Positions 1-9,013 of a DNA stretch of 64,000 nt are shown one piece after another. The stretch comes from Spirochaetia bacterium (GTDB lineage Bacteria; Spirochaetota; Spirochaetia; SZUA-6; Bin103), in NCBI GenBank assembly GCA_965208575.1, contig CBDBOV010000005.1, positions 800,001-864,000 on the forward strand. The letters are read 5' to 3'. Position numbers and translations under genes: made by a program. Positions within the stretch are counted from its first letter, which is position 1. Each line of letters begins with the position of its first letter. The notes below the pieces were generated by a model that was not told the DNA's origin, did not search any database, and was given only the letters and a program-made list of their open reading frames with translations.

Positions 1-266
1 GACGCCCGGTGCCGGCCAGAGTGCGCCGCCGCGCCGCGCCGCCGCGGCAACGACCGGCGGCGGGGGGTGCCGGCGCGCCGGCGCAACCGGCGGCTCGCCG
101 CCCTGCCGCGGTGCGTTCGGGAGTGAGGACCGGACAGATCGCGCGCGCCATCGAGCGGGTGGTCGGCGCGCGCGCGCCGGCGGACGGGGACGACGGCGCC
201 GAAGCGGTCGCCGCATCCGCGGCCGGCGAGGCCGCCGCGGCGCCCGCGCCGGGATCGGGGCGCTAG
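1..266 (+). CDS. C-terminal end of a gene truncated by the window, probably the type I secretion ABC ATPase
   Basis: Frame open from the window edge to TAG 264-266, 6 nt before the HlyD gene; low-complexity tail only, so identity is inferred from position. Confidence 0.4.
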   Translation, partial: RPVPARVRRRAAPPRQRPAAGGAGAPAQPAARRPAAVRSGVRTGQIARAIERVVGARAPADGDDGAEAVAASAAGEAAAAPAPGSGR

Positions 267-272
267 CCGTCC

Positions 273-1622
273 GTGGCGACCGATCGACCGCCTTCTCAGT
301 GGTCTTCGACCCGGGGCCCCCTTGCGCTCGGCTTCGGCGCGCTGGCGGTGCTGGTCGTGGGAGTGATCGGAGGGAGCGTGTTCACCACGATTTCCGGTGC
401 GGTCATCGTGTCCGGCTGGGTGGCGAGCGAGAGCCGCAACCAGCGGGTGGAGCACATCGACGGCGGCACGGTGCGCGACGTCCTGGTGCGCGACGGCGAC
501 GCGGTGGCGGCGGGGGCGGTGCTGCTGCGTCTCGACGACGTGCTGCCGCGCGCCGAGGAGGCGATCCTGCAGGCGCAGTACGCGGAACTGGTCGCGCAGC
601 GCAACCGGCTGGAGGCGGAGTTCCGCGGCGCCGATGCGGTCGTCTGGGACGAGGAGCTGGCCGCCCTGAGCAGTTCCGCCCCGGAGGTGGCGGAGATCCT
701 GTCCGGACAGGAGCGGTTGTTCCGGGCGCGTATCGATGCGCGCACCGGCGAGGTGGCGCAACTGCGCGAGCGGATCGGGCAGGCGCGGCAGGAGATCGCG
801 GGGCTGCGCGCCCGGGTCGTGTCATTGGAGCAACAGAGCGCGTTGGTCGGCGAGGAACTGACGGCCAGGCGCCGGCTGTTCGAACGGGGGGCGCTGGACC
901 GCGGCGCACTGCTTGCGCTGGAACGCACGGCCGAGAACCTGCGCGGACTGGTGGGTGCGAACGCGGCGGCGATTGCGCGCACGCGGGGACGAATCGCGGA
1001 GCACGAAATCCAGATTCTGCAGATCGACGCCGCGCGCATCGAGGAGGCGGAGGAGCGGGCGCGCGAGGTGCAGGCGAAGGAGAACGAGGTCCGGGAGCAG
1101 CTCGCGTCGGTGCGTGCGCGTCTGGGCCGACTGGAGGTGCGCGCCCCGGTGGCCGGCGAGGTGCTCGGCATGACGGTGTTCGCGGCGGGCGAGGTGGTGC
1201 GTCCGGGCGAGCGGATTCTGAGCATCGTCCCGGCGGGCGCCGAACTGGTGGCGGTGGCGCGGCTCGCTCCGATCCACGTGGACCAGGTGTATCCGGGGCA
1301 GGCGGCCACGCTGCGCTTCAGCGCATTTCCGGCGCGGACGACACCGGAGTTCGACGGCCGCGTGGAGCGAGTGTCGGCGGACGCGCTGCGCGATGCCGAG
1401 AGTGGCCGGTCGTGGTACCAAGTGGAGGTTTCGCTCGGCCAGCCCACCGGTGCCGGCTGGGCGGGCGGGGCGGGCGGGGCAGGCGCCGCGGAGACGGCCG
1501 ACCTGGCGCTTACCCCGGGCATGCCGGTGGAGATCCACGTTCAGACCGGAGACCGGTCGCCGGTCAGCTATCTCGCCAAGCCGCTGACCGACTACTTTCT
1601 CCGCTCGCTGCGGGAAGAATGA
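273..1622 (+). CDS. HlyD family type I secretion periplasmic adaptor (membrane fusion protein)
   Basis: N-terminal TM, VEHIDGGTVRDVLVRDGD lipoyl-like motif, coiled coil, VRAPVAGEV and LTPGMPVEIHVQTGDRSPVSYLAKPL C-terminal motifs. Confidence 0.93.
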   Translation: MATDRPPSQWSSTRGPLALGFGALAVLVVGVIGGSVFTTISGAVIVSGWVASESRNQRVEHIDGGTVRDVLVRDGDAVAAGAVLLRLDDVLPRAEEAILQAQYAELVAQRNRLEAEFRGADAVVWDEELAALSSSAPEVAEILSGQERLFRARIDARTGEVAQLRERIGQARQEIAGLRARVVSLEQQSALVGEELTARRRLFERGALDRGALLALERTAENLRGLVGANAAAIARTRGRIAEHEIQILQIDAARIEEAEERAREVQAKENEVREQLASVRARLGRLEVRAPVAGEVLGMTVFAAGEVVRPGERILSIVPAGAELVAVARLAPIHVDQVYPGQAATLRFSAFPARTTPEFDGRVERVSADALRDAESGRSWYQVEVSLGQPTGAGWAGGAGGAGAAETADLALTPGMPVEIHVQTGDRSPVSYLAKPLTDYFLRSLREE

Positions 1623-1634
1623 CCGACGTGAACC

Positions 1635-2087
1635 ATGACAGAAGAGACACTGGAAGTATCGCTCGCCAACGAGCTGCGTGAGATCGCGGGCGTGGCGGCG
1701 CAGATCGACCGGTTCTGCGCCGCCCACGAGTTGACGGCGGGGGTGTCCTATGCGCTGAATCTGTCGATTGACGAGATCCTCACCAACACGATCAGTTACG
1801 GATACGAAGATGACGGGCCGCACCGGATCGAGGTGATCGTGAGCCTGGAGGAAGATGCGCTGACGGTGGTGATCGTGGACGACAGCATGCCGTTCGACCT
1901 GGGACTGGCGCCGGAACGCGACCTGGACCTTTCGCTCGAGGACACGGCGCTCGGCGGTCTCGGCCTGTACCTGGTGCACCAGATGATGGACAGCGTCGAC
2001 TACCGCCGCGAGGAGGGATGCAACGTCGTCACCCTGATCAAGAAGGTGCGCGGGGAAAGCGGGCAGGACGCCGAAACGGACGCCTGA
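1635..2087 (+). CDS. Anti-sigma factor / Ser-Thr kinase, RsbW-like HATPase_c
   Basis: LSIDEILTNTISYG (N box), IVDDSMPFD, GGLGLYLV (G box). Confidence 0.88.
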   Translation: MTEETLEVSLANELREIAGVAAQIDRFCAAHELTAGVSYALNLSIDEILTNTISYGYEDDGPHRIEVIVSLEEDALTVVIVDDSMPFDLGLAPERDLDLSLEDTALGGLGLYLVHQMMDSVDYRREEGCNVVTLIKKVRGESGQDAETDA

Positions 2088-2379
2088 CCGCAGTCGCGGC
2101 GGGGTGGGAACGCCGAAAGCGGTAGCCGTGGACCGAGAGTGATGAGGCGGCGTGCCGTCCCGGCAGATCGTGAGCATGGAAAAAATCGCGAAAAAACTGC
2201 GCGCACCCCTTGACGCGATTTTCGGGGCTCATGGTGGCTCGCTACGGCGCGCGGCGGTCCCTCCGATTGCCCCGGAACGACTTGGCCTCCGTTGCCGCGA
2301 CAGCGCCCCGTTGCGCGGCCTTCCGGACGCCGTTTCGCCGCTGTCGAGGACTCGGAAAAATCGGCTATTTTGAATCCCA

Positions 2380-2394
2380 TGGTATACTTACGAC
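2380..2394 (+). promoter_or_regulatory. Extended -10 promoter for a leaderless HNH transcript
   Basis: TGG-TATACT (hexamer 2383-2388), 6 nt before ATG 2395, no Shine-Dalgarno. Confidence 0.55.
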
Positions 2395-3969
2395 ATGGAT
2401 GCCGTGCCGTCTCCCGCCCTCTGGTCCACTGTCGCCGCGCTGCCCGACTACCTCCTGCTGGCGCAGACCCGGCGGCTCGCCCGCCACGAACAGGCGCTGC
2501 AGATCCTGGTGCTCGACCACCTGCGCGAGATCGAGGCGCGCAGCCTCCACCTGACCCGCGGGTATGGCAGTCTGTTCGACTACGTCGTGCACGAACTGGG
2601 CTACACCGCGGCCGCCGCTTGGCGGCGCATCAAGGCGATGCGGCTGTGCACCGGGACCGGCGCTGCGCGTGAGCTGCTGCAGGACGGCTCGCTGAACCTG
2701 AGCAACGCGGCGCAACTGCAGAACCTGTTCGAGCGCAACGACCGCAGCCGGGGCCGCCCGCCGGTAAGTACCGGAGCAGGTGGCGCCGTGGGCGGTGCGC
2801 CACCGAGTGACGGCGCACCGGGCGAGCCGGGACCGGCGGCGCCGGCGCGCGGCGGCGAGCACGATCCGGCGCCACCGGCAGCCGGGCCGGTGCTGGACGC
2901 GGCGGCGCGGGAGAAGCTGGTCCGGCAGGCGGCGGGCAAGAGCACGCGCGAAGTGCAGCAGATGCTGGCCGAGGTGGACCCGGAGTTGGCGCAGCCGAGC
3001 GACCGGTTGCGCGCGCTCGGAGGCGGGCGCTGGGAGTTGAAGGCGGCGGTCGACGCGGAGTGCCGGCATGGGCTGGAGAAGCTGCTGATGCTGCTGTCGC
3101 ACACGGATCCGCACCTGACGCTGGGCGGGCTGGTGGCGCGGCTGGTGCGCGACGGCCTGGACCGCTACGACCCGGCTCGGCCACCGCGTGTGCGGCGTAC
3201 AGGCGGTGGCGGCTCGGTCGACGGCGCAGGATCCGCGAGCACGCCAGCGCGGCCTGCGGAAGTCGAGCATGGCGAAACGAACTCCACGGCGGTGCGGGAT
3301 ATTGTCCGCTGCTCCGATTCGGCGCCGAAGGAGTCCGCGCCGGTGGGGGGCAGAGAGGGGCACACCACTTCGCCGGCGAAGCGCCACTCGGTCACCGGGC
3401 GCGGCAACGCGTCACGGGCGGCGCCACCGAACAGCGGTGCGCACACCACTTCGCCAGCGAAGTGCCGATCCGAAGCCCAGCCCGGGCGCAGGTCGCACGC
3501 GGTGGCACGGAACGGCACCGGTCCGGCGGTTTCGGCGGCGAAGCGGGACACGGAGGCCGAGCGCGGCGGCCCGAAGTCCGCGCCGGTGCGGGACACGGTC
3601 CGGCGCTCGGAGTCGGCGGCGAAGCGGCTGGTGTACGCCGCCGGGCATGGCGCGGTGGGGCCGGCGGAGCGTTCGCCGGCAGTGGAGCGGCACCTTGCCG
3701 CGTTGCGCTGCTTGGGCGCGGTGCCGGGCTCCGGGTCGCGGTACATCCCGGTAGCGGTGAAGCGGGAGGTGTGGCGCCGCGACCAGGGTTGTTGCAGCTA
3801 TGTCGACCGCCGCAGCGGGCGGCGCTGCGGCTCCCGCTATCGGCTGGAGATCGACCACATCGTGCCGTTCGCGCTCGGCGGCGGCGCGGAACCGGCAAAT
3901 CTCAGGCTCCGTTGTGAAGCGCACCACAGGTTGCGCCATGCTCAGCGCCACGGCCACCCCGCGAGGTGA
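2395..3969 (+). CDS. Large HNH endonuclease with helical N-terminal domain and repetitive linker
   Basis: C-terminal RYIPVAVKREVWRRDQGCC...CGS...LEIDHIVPFALGG...NLRLRCEAHH; N-terminal HLREIEAR..GYGSLFDY..LGY..AAWRRI; TSPAK/SAAK repeats in the linker. Confidence 0.85.
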   Translation: MDAVPSPALWSTVAALPDYLLLAQTRRLARHEQALQILVLDHLREIEARSLHLTRGYGSLFDYVVHELGYTAAAAWRRIKAMRLCTGTGAARELLQDGSLNLSNAAQLQNLFERNDRSRGRPPVSTGAGGAVGGAPPSDGAPGEPGPAAPARGGEHDPAPPAAGPVLDAAAREKLVRQAAGKSTREVQQMLAEVDPELAQPSDRLRALGGGRWELKAAVDAECRHGLEKLLMLLSHTDPHLTLGGLVARLVRDGLDRYDPARPPRVRRTGGGGSVDGAGSASTPARPAEVEHGETNSTAVRDIVRCSDSAPKESAPVGGREGHTTSPAKRHSVTGRGNASRAAPPNSGAHTTSPAKCRSEAQPGRRSHAVARNGTGPAVSAAKRDTEAERGGPKSAPVRDTVRRSESAAKRLVYAAGHGAVGPAERSPAVERHLAALRCLGAVPGSGSRYIPVAVKREVWRRDQGCCSYVDRRSGRRCGSRYRLEIDHIVPFALGGGAEPANLRLRCEAHHRLRHAQRHGHPAR

Positions 3970-4000
3970 GCCGACTGAAGCCCGGCGCGCCCCGGTGTTC

Positions 4001-4140
4001 GCGGTCGATCCGAGCGGCGCGACCTGGGACGGCAGGCAGGTGGGCTCGACAGGCGATATAGGGTGCTTCAGCCTGCAGTCGAGCAAGCCGGTCTCGGGCA
4101 TTGAGGCCGGCGTCGCGACGACCGACGACTCGGCCAAGGT
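4001..4140 (+). pseudogene. Fragment of a DegT/DnrJ/EryC1/StrS aminotransferase
   Basis: Translates GATWDGRQVGSTGDIGCFSLQSSKPVSGIEAGVATTDD, matching the family PLP-lysine motif; no start and no C-terminal part. Confidence 0.65.
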
Positions 4141-4399
4141 ACGCGGGCGGACCGTCGGATCGCAGGCGGCAATCGAGCGGGCTGAGGCGTGACCGCGCCG
4201 TCGTGGAAGCCTGCGCTCCGACTGCCGGCGGTCGGTGTAAGGCCGCTCCATCGCGTCGCCGATCCAGTTCGCCAGTCCCCGGATGTTCGCATCCGCGCCA
4301 TCGAGCGGGTAGACCATGCTGCAATGATCTGCGTACCGCTTTCCGCGTTCGCACCCCCGCGGCGGCCGGGTTGTGGTCTTGCCGTCGGGGCATGGTACG

Positions 4400-5578
4400 A
4401 TGATGGCCGCCGTGGAGGAGTGGAGCGTGGCGGGTGGAGCGCCGCCGTTTACCCGCCTGGTCGCGGGCCTGGACGCGGCCAATCCGTTTACCGGTCCCGA
4501 GGCGCTGGAGCGCACCACCGGCCATCGGTTCCGGGCCCGCGTCGGCGCCAACGAGAGCGCCTTCGGCATGTCGCCGCGCGCCCGGGCGGCGGCGGCCGGC
4601 GCCCTGGAGCGGCTGTCCTGGTACGGCGATCCCGAGAACCACGATCTGCGTGCCGATCTCGCCGCCCACCACGGGGTGGCAGCCGACCAGGTGCTGGTGG
4701 GCGCCGGCATCGACGACCTGCTCGCACTGGTGGTGCGCGCGTTCGCCGCCGATGGTGGACAGGCGGCGATGCCGCGCGGTTCCTACGCCACGTTCGCATA
4801 CCACGCCGCCACGTTCGGAGTGGCGCTCGCTACCGTGCCCTACCGCGCCGACGACCACGTGGACCTGGCCGCGCTCGCGGCGCAGGCGCGGGCGAGCGAG
4901 GCCGACCGCCGGCGCACCGCCCGGGGTACGGGCGGCGGCGGTGCGACCGTGGTGTACCTGGCAAATCCTGACAACCCCTCCGGCACGTGGCAGCCGGAAG
5001 CCGCCGTGCGCGGGTTTCTTGCGGAACTGCCGGCCACCTGCATCGTGGTGCTCGACGAGGCCTACGTGGACTACGCGCCGACCGCTCCCGCCCGCCAACT
5101 GCTCACCGGCGATGCGCGCGTGGTCACCATGCGCACGTTTTCCAAGGCGCACGGCATGGCGGGGGCGCGGGTTGCCTATGCGGTTGCCGACGCCCAGGTG
5201 TGCGCCGGCCTCGACCGCCTGCGCCTGCAATTCGGCGTGAGCCGTGTCGCGCAGGAGGCGGCGCGCGCCGCGCTCGCCGACCAGGCGTTCGTGGCGGGGG
5301 TGGCGCGGCGGGTCGCTGCCGGCCGCGATGCGTACCACGACCTCGGACGCGCGCTCGGCGTGCCGACCGTGCCGTCAGCGACCAACTTCGTGTGTTTCGA
5401 CCTCGGCAGCCGGCGGCGCGCGGACGCGGTGATGGCCGCCCTGATCGCGCGCGGCGTATTCGTACGCAAGCCGCCGGCGCCGCCGCTCGACCGCTGCATC
5501 CGCATCACCGTGGGCACCGAGGCCGAACGCGCCATCGTGGCGGCGGAACTGCACCGGATCCTGAACGAGCTGCCCTGA
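4400..5578 (+). CDS. PLP-dependent aminotransferase class I/II, histidinol-phosphate aminotransferase-like
   Basis: GANES, YLANPDNPSG, VVLDEAY, RTFSKAHGMAGARV motifs; start approximate. Confidence 0.88.
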   Translation: MMAAVEEWSVAGGAPPFTRLVAGLDAANPFTGPEALERTTGHRFRARVGANESAFGMSPRARAAAAGALERLSWYGDPENHDLRADLAAHHGVAADQVLVGAGIDDLLALVVRAFAADGGQAAMPRGSYATFAYHAATFGVALATVPYRADDHVDLAALAAQARASEADRRRTARGTGGGGATVVYLANPDNPSGTWQPEAAVRGFLAELPATCIVVLDEAYVDYAPTAPARQLLTGDARVVTMRTFSKAHGMAGARVAYAVADAQVCAGLDRLRLQFGVSRVAQEAARAALADQAFVAGVARRVAAGRDAYHDLGRALGVPTVPSATNFVCFDLGSRRRADAVMAALIARGVFVRKPPAPPLDRCIRITVGTEAERAIVAAELHRILNELP

Positions 5579-5656
5579 TCACCGCCGCGGGCCCGCCGGC
5601 TCAGTGCATGAGAATTAGGTCCGGTCTGTCACCCACCGAAATCCAATCTATGGCAC

Positions 5657-6799
5657 TTACTCGTCGTCCCGGATGAGGAACGACGTCGAGGAGAAATCAG
5701 TGTCGGGGTTGGGTTCATAGCCGCTGCCGTCATCGATTGTGACCGTCACCCTGACGCTTTCAGCTACTTCGGCGGTTGTCACTGAAAACTCTTTGTACGC
5801 GACGGTATGTGAAGAGGGAAACTCGGGAACCACCACCATGGTAGGAGGGCTTGAGAGGGGGGCTGTCGGGTTCCAAGTCAAGTTGACCGTAATGCTGGCC
5901 CCGGGATTCGGGGTCACGTTCAATCGGAACGTCGCTTTCTCACCTTCGGGCACGGGGGACCCAATTGCCCTGATGGTTGCCAGCGGCACCGAACTTGATG
6001 GCGGCGGCGCCGGCCCCACGCCTCCGGGAGAGGCCGTCCGGGCGACGTTGACGGTGGCCGAGGCTGACGAGCCCACCGTGTAGCCGCTGCCCGCTTCGAC
6101 GGTGACCGTGACCGAGCCGTCCTGCTCGCCGGTGCGGCGGTCGACGGTGGCGGCCGTGAGCGGGGCGGTGGGCGTGGAGGCGCGGATCGTGACCGCGCGC
6201 GACGGGGTTGAGGCCAGGAACGAACTCGGATCCGACCAGCTCACGCTGACCACCAAGTCGGACGCCGGCGGCGGTGACGCGGTCAGCGTGAACGACACCG
6301 GGGTGCCCTCGGTCACCGAAGCCGCGTCTGCCGCGACGGTCACCACCGGCTGCGCCGGGGTCAGGGTGACGCTGGCCGACGCGCCGTCCGCCGCACCGAC
6401 CTGGTAGCCGTCGCCGGGCTCGACCGTGGCAGTGACCGCGCAATCGCTCGCGGCTACCGCAACGCCGTCGGTCGGCACGGTCAGCGGAGCAGACGTCTTG
6501 CCGGCGCCGATCTTCACCGACTCCGACGACTTCGCCAGATCGCAGCCGGTGGACGCGATCGTGACCTTGACGGTCAGGTGCGTGCGCGGGGCGGGGTTCG
6601 CACTGACCCGGAACTGGAGCGGATTGCCCCCGGTTACGGAGTCCGCCACGGACTCGATGGTCACCACGACGGAATCTTGCGAGCCGGAAGTGGGAGAGCG
6701 ACTGCCGGAGGCGGTTGGCGTCACACCCTGATTGCACGCCGCGAGCGTCAGGAGAGAGAGGAGCAGACACAACGCGGCCGTGAACAGCCTCGACGACAT
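5657..6799 (-). CDS. Lipoprotein with three Calx-beta/Ig-like beta-sandwich repeats
   Basis: Signal peptide ending LAAC; repeats of SVTEG..F.....P.P...L.V.V and V..GSGY.VG..SA.V; ORF could extend to 6868. Confidence 0.7.
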   Translation of the reverse strand: MSSRLFTAALCLLLSLLTLAACNQGVTPTASGSRSPTSGSQDSVVVTIESVADSVTGGNPLQFRVSANPAPRTHLTVKVTIASTGCDLAKSSESVKIGAGKTSAPLTVPTDGVAVAASDCAVTATVEPGDGYQVGAADGASASVTLTPAQPVVTVAADAASVTEGTPVSFTLTASPPPASDLVVSVSWSDPSSFLASTPSRAVTIRASTPTAPLTAATVDRRTGEQDGSVTVTVEAGSGYTVGSSASATVNVARTASPGGVGPAPPPSSSVPLATIRAIGSPVPEGEKATFRLNVTPNPGASITVNLTWNPTAPLSSPPTMVVVPEFPSSHTVAYKEFSVTTAEVAESVRVTVTIDDGSGYEPNPDTDFSSTSFLIRDDE

Positions 6800-7028
6800 G
6801 CGTCGCTTCCGGGACCCGCGACGCCATCCTTTCAACTTCCAGCCTGCGATGGTGAGTGACTCGTCCATGGCTCGAAACTACACATGGACGGGATGCCGTG
6901 GCCATAATCTTTTCGTATCCATGTAGGTCAATCGAATGAAAGGATTTATTCGCGAAGAGATTGGCGAGAAAAGAGTGGTACCAAGTACGGCAAATGTGGA
7001 GGTTCCGTCAACGGAAGGGTAAACGGTT

Positions 7029-7182
7029 CAGGCGCTCGCGGGGATGGCGCAACCGGTGGCCGGTGGGTGGCCGGTGCGCGCGATGTGTACCACCAACCCG
7101 GATGCGCGCTCGGAGTACCGGCTATCGTCAGCGACCAGGTTCCCGTGTTCCGACCTCGGAGCCGGCTACGCCGGGTGCGGTT
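7029..7182 (+). pseudogene. Decayed duplicate of part of the 3' half of the aminotransferase gene
   Basis: gcgatgtgtaccaccaacccggatgcgcgctcgga...cgtcagcgacca...gacctcggagccggc aligns by eye to about 5282-5430 with indels. Confidence 0.7.
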
Positions 7183-7243
7183 CCACCCCCGTGCCGAGCT
7201 CCGGGGCGTTGTGTGGCGCTGAGCCGGGTTCCTCGACGGGTTG

Positions 7244-8188
7244 CTATGCCGGACGGCTGTCGAGAGCGGTGCGGAAGCGACGGATGTGCTCGGCGGTGGT
7301 GCCGCAGCAGCCGCCGACGATGCGGGCGCCGGCGGCGAGCACGTCGTTGAGGCCGACCAGCATCTGCTCCGGCGTCTGCCGGTACACCACTTCCATGTCG
7401 ACCAGTTCCGGCAGGCCGTTGTTGGGCTTGGCCATCAGCGGCAGATCGGATGCGGAGCGGTAGCGCGCCAGGATGCGCGCGGCCCAGGTGATGTCGATGC
7501 CGGCGCCGCAATTGATCGCCAGGATGTCGGCGCCCGCCTCCTGCAGCACTTCCGCGGCCTGCTCCACCCTGACGCCCATCATGGTGCGCACGTCCTTGCC
7601 GTTGCGGTTCAGGTCGAACGCCATCGACCCGATCACGCACGGCGCGCCCGCCTCCCGGGCCGCCGCGATGCCGAGGCCGATCTCTTCCAGCGAGGTCTGC
7701 GTTTCGACGATGATCGCGTCCGCCCCCGCGTCGACCAGCGCCGCCGCCTGCTCGCCGAACGCGTCGCGCACCGCGCCCTGCGGAATGTCGCCGTACGGCT
7801 CCATCAGCCCTCCGAACGGCCCGATGTCACCGATCACGTACCCCGGCCTGCCGGCGAACGCCTCGCGTGCCACGGCCACCCCGCGGGCGTTGATCTCGGC
7901 CACCCGGTGATCGAACGAGTGCCGCTCCAGCATGATGCGGCACGCTCCGAAGGTGTTGGTGAGCAAACAGTCCGAGCCCGCCTCCACGTAGGCGCGCTGG
8001 ATGGCCAGGACGGGGTCGGGGTTGTCCACGTTCCATATCTCGCCACAGCCGCCCGGCTCCAGGCCGGCCTGCTGCAACTGCGTGCCCATCGCCCCGTCGG
8101 CGAGCAGCACGCGTTCGGCGAGCGCTTCGAGCAACGGCTGCCGCAGCGCGGCCGGCGCCGGCGGGCTATTGGTGCGTGAATCCGTCAT
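7244..8188 (-). CDS. Homocysteine S-methyltransferase family protein (stand-alone MetH N-terminal domain)
   Basis: LADGAMGT, TNTFGA, GDIGPFG, INC, PNNGLP, GGCCGT zinc motif. Confidence 0.9.
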   Translation of the reverse strand: MTDSRTNSPPAPAALRQPLLEALAERVLLADGAMGTQLQQAGLEPGGCGEIWNVDNPDPVLAIQRAYVEAGSDCLLTNTFGACRIMLERHSFDHRVAEINARGVAVAREAFAGRPGYVIGDIGPFGGLMEPYGDIPQGAVRDAFGEQAAALVDAGADAIIVETQTSLEEIGLGIAAAREAGAPCVIGSMAFDLNRNGKDVRTMMGVRVEQAAEVLQEAGADILAINCGAGIDITWAARILARYRSASDLPLMAKPNNGLPELVDMEVVYRQTPEQMLVGLNDVLAAGARIVGGCCGTTAEHIRRFRTALDSRPA

Positions 8189-8236
8189 AGCCAAACAATA
8201 TATCCGGCCTGCGCGCGCCCGGCGACCGCCGGGCCA

Positions 8237-8635
8237 TCAGCGGCGTGCATCGAGGCGGCTGACGCTACCGGTCCAATCGAGAATGTCGCCGTCCGCCGTT
8301 GCCAAGAGGTGTCCGCGCAACGCCGTCGCAACGATGATGCGGTCCGCCGGGTCGGCATGAAAGTCGGCGAGACCAGCGGCCCGGATTCCGATTTCGCCAT
8401 CGACGGGGATCTCGACCACGCCCTGAGCGAGCTGCTCTCTCCGCCACAGCGCCACATCCTCGGCAAAGTCAATTCTGCCCCTGGCCTTCAGCATGGCAAC
8501 TTCCCAGAATGAGATCGCTGACACCGCCACCTCGTCCGATTGCCACGCGCGGTCGATCTCGGCACGCGCCCCGCTTCCGAGCTCCGGTTCTCCCGATCTC
8601 AACCAGAGCATCACGTGGGTGTCGAGCAGGATCAC
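8237..8635 (-). CDS. vapC: VapC PIN-domain toxin
   Basis: GTG start; ILLDTH, VSAISFWEV, HADPADRIIVATA, LATAD; GTGA overlap with the antitoxin stop. Confidence 0.88.
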   Translation of the reverse strand: MILLDTHVMLWLRSGEPELGSGARAEIDRAWQSDEVAVSAISFWEVAMLKARGRIDFAEDVALWRREQLAQGVVEIPVDGEIGIRAAGLADFHADPADRIIVATALRGHLLATADGDILDWTGSVSRLDARR

Positions 8636-8916
8636 CTGCCGGTGTTCCCCGCGTCGCCGCGTTCGGCGTCCCACTCCACGTCGACTGGCCCGACGATGTC
8701 GCCCACTATCCTGATCCTGCCGCGGTCGATGCCGAACAGGGTTCGCGGCTTGGTTCGGTACGGAACCAACCGCGATACGGGACGCCCGTTCTTGGTGATC
8801 ACGATCTGTTCGCCGGTGTCCGCGACCCGATCCATGAGCTGAAGGCACTTGGCCTTGAATTCGGACGCCTTGATGACAGCCGGTGTCCCGTCCGCCTGGT
8901 CGGTGCCTGCAGTCAT
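8632..8916 (-). CDS. Phd/YefM family antitoxin
   Basis: IKASEFKAKCLQLMDRV...IVITKNGRPVSRLVP. Confidence 0.88.
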   Translation of the reverse strand: MTAGTDQADGTPAVIKASEFKAKCLQLMDRVADTGEQIVITKNGRPVSRLVPYRTKPRTLFGIDRGRIRIVGDIVGPVDVEWDAERGDAGNTGR

Positions 8917-9013
8917 TCCCCGTAACCTCCAATACAGATCAATATCACCATGGTCATGTCCATGGTCAAGATGAGCGACGCAGCTTGCAGCAGGGATGCA
9001 AGCGCCGTCACGC

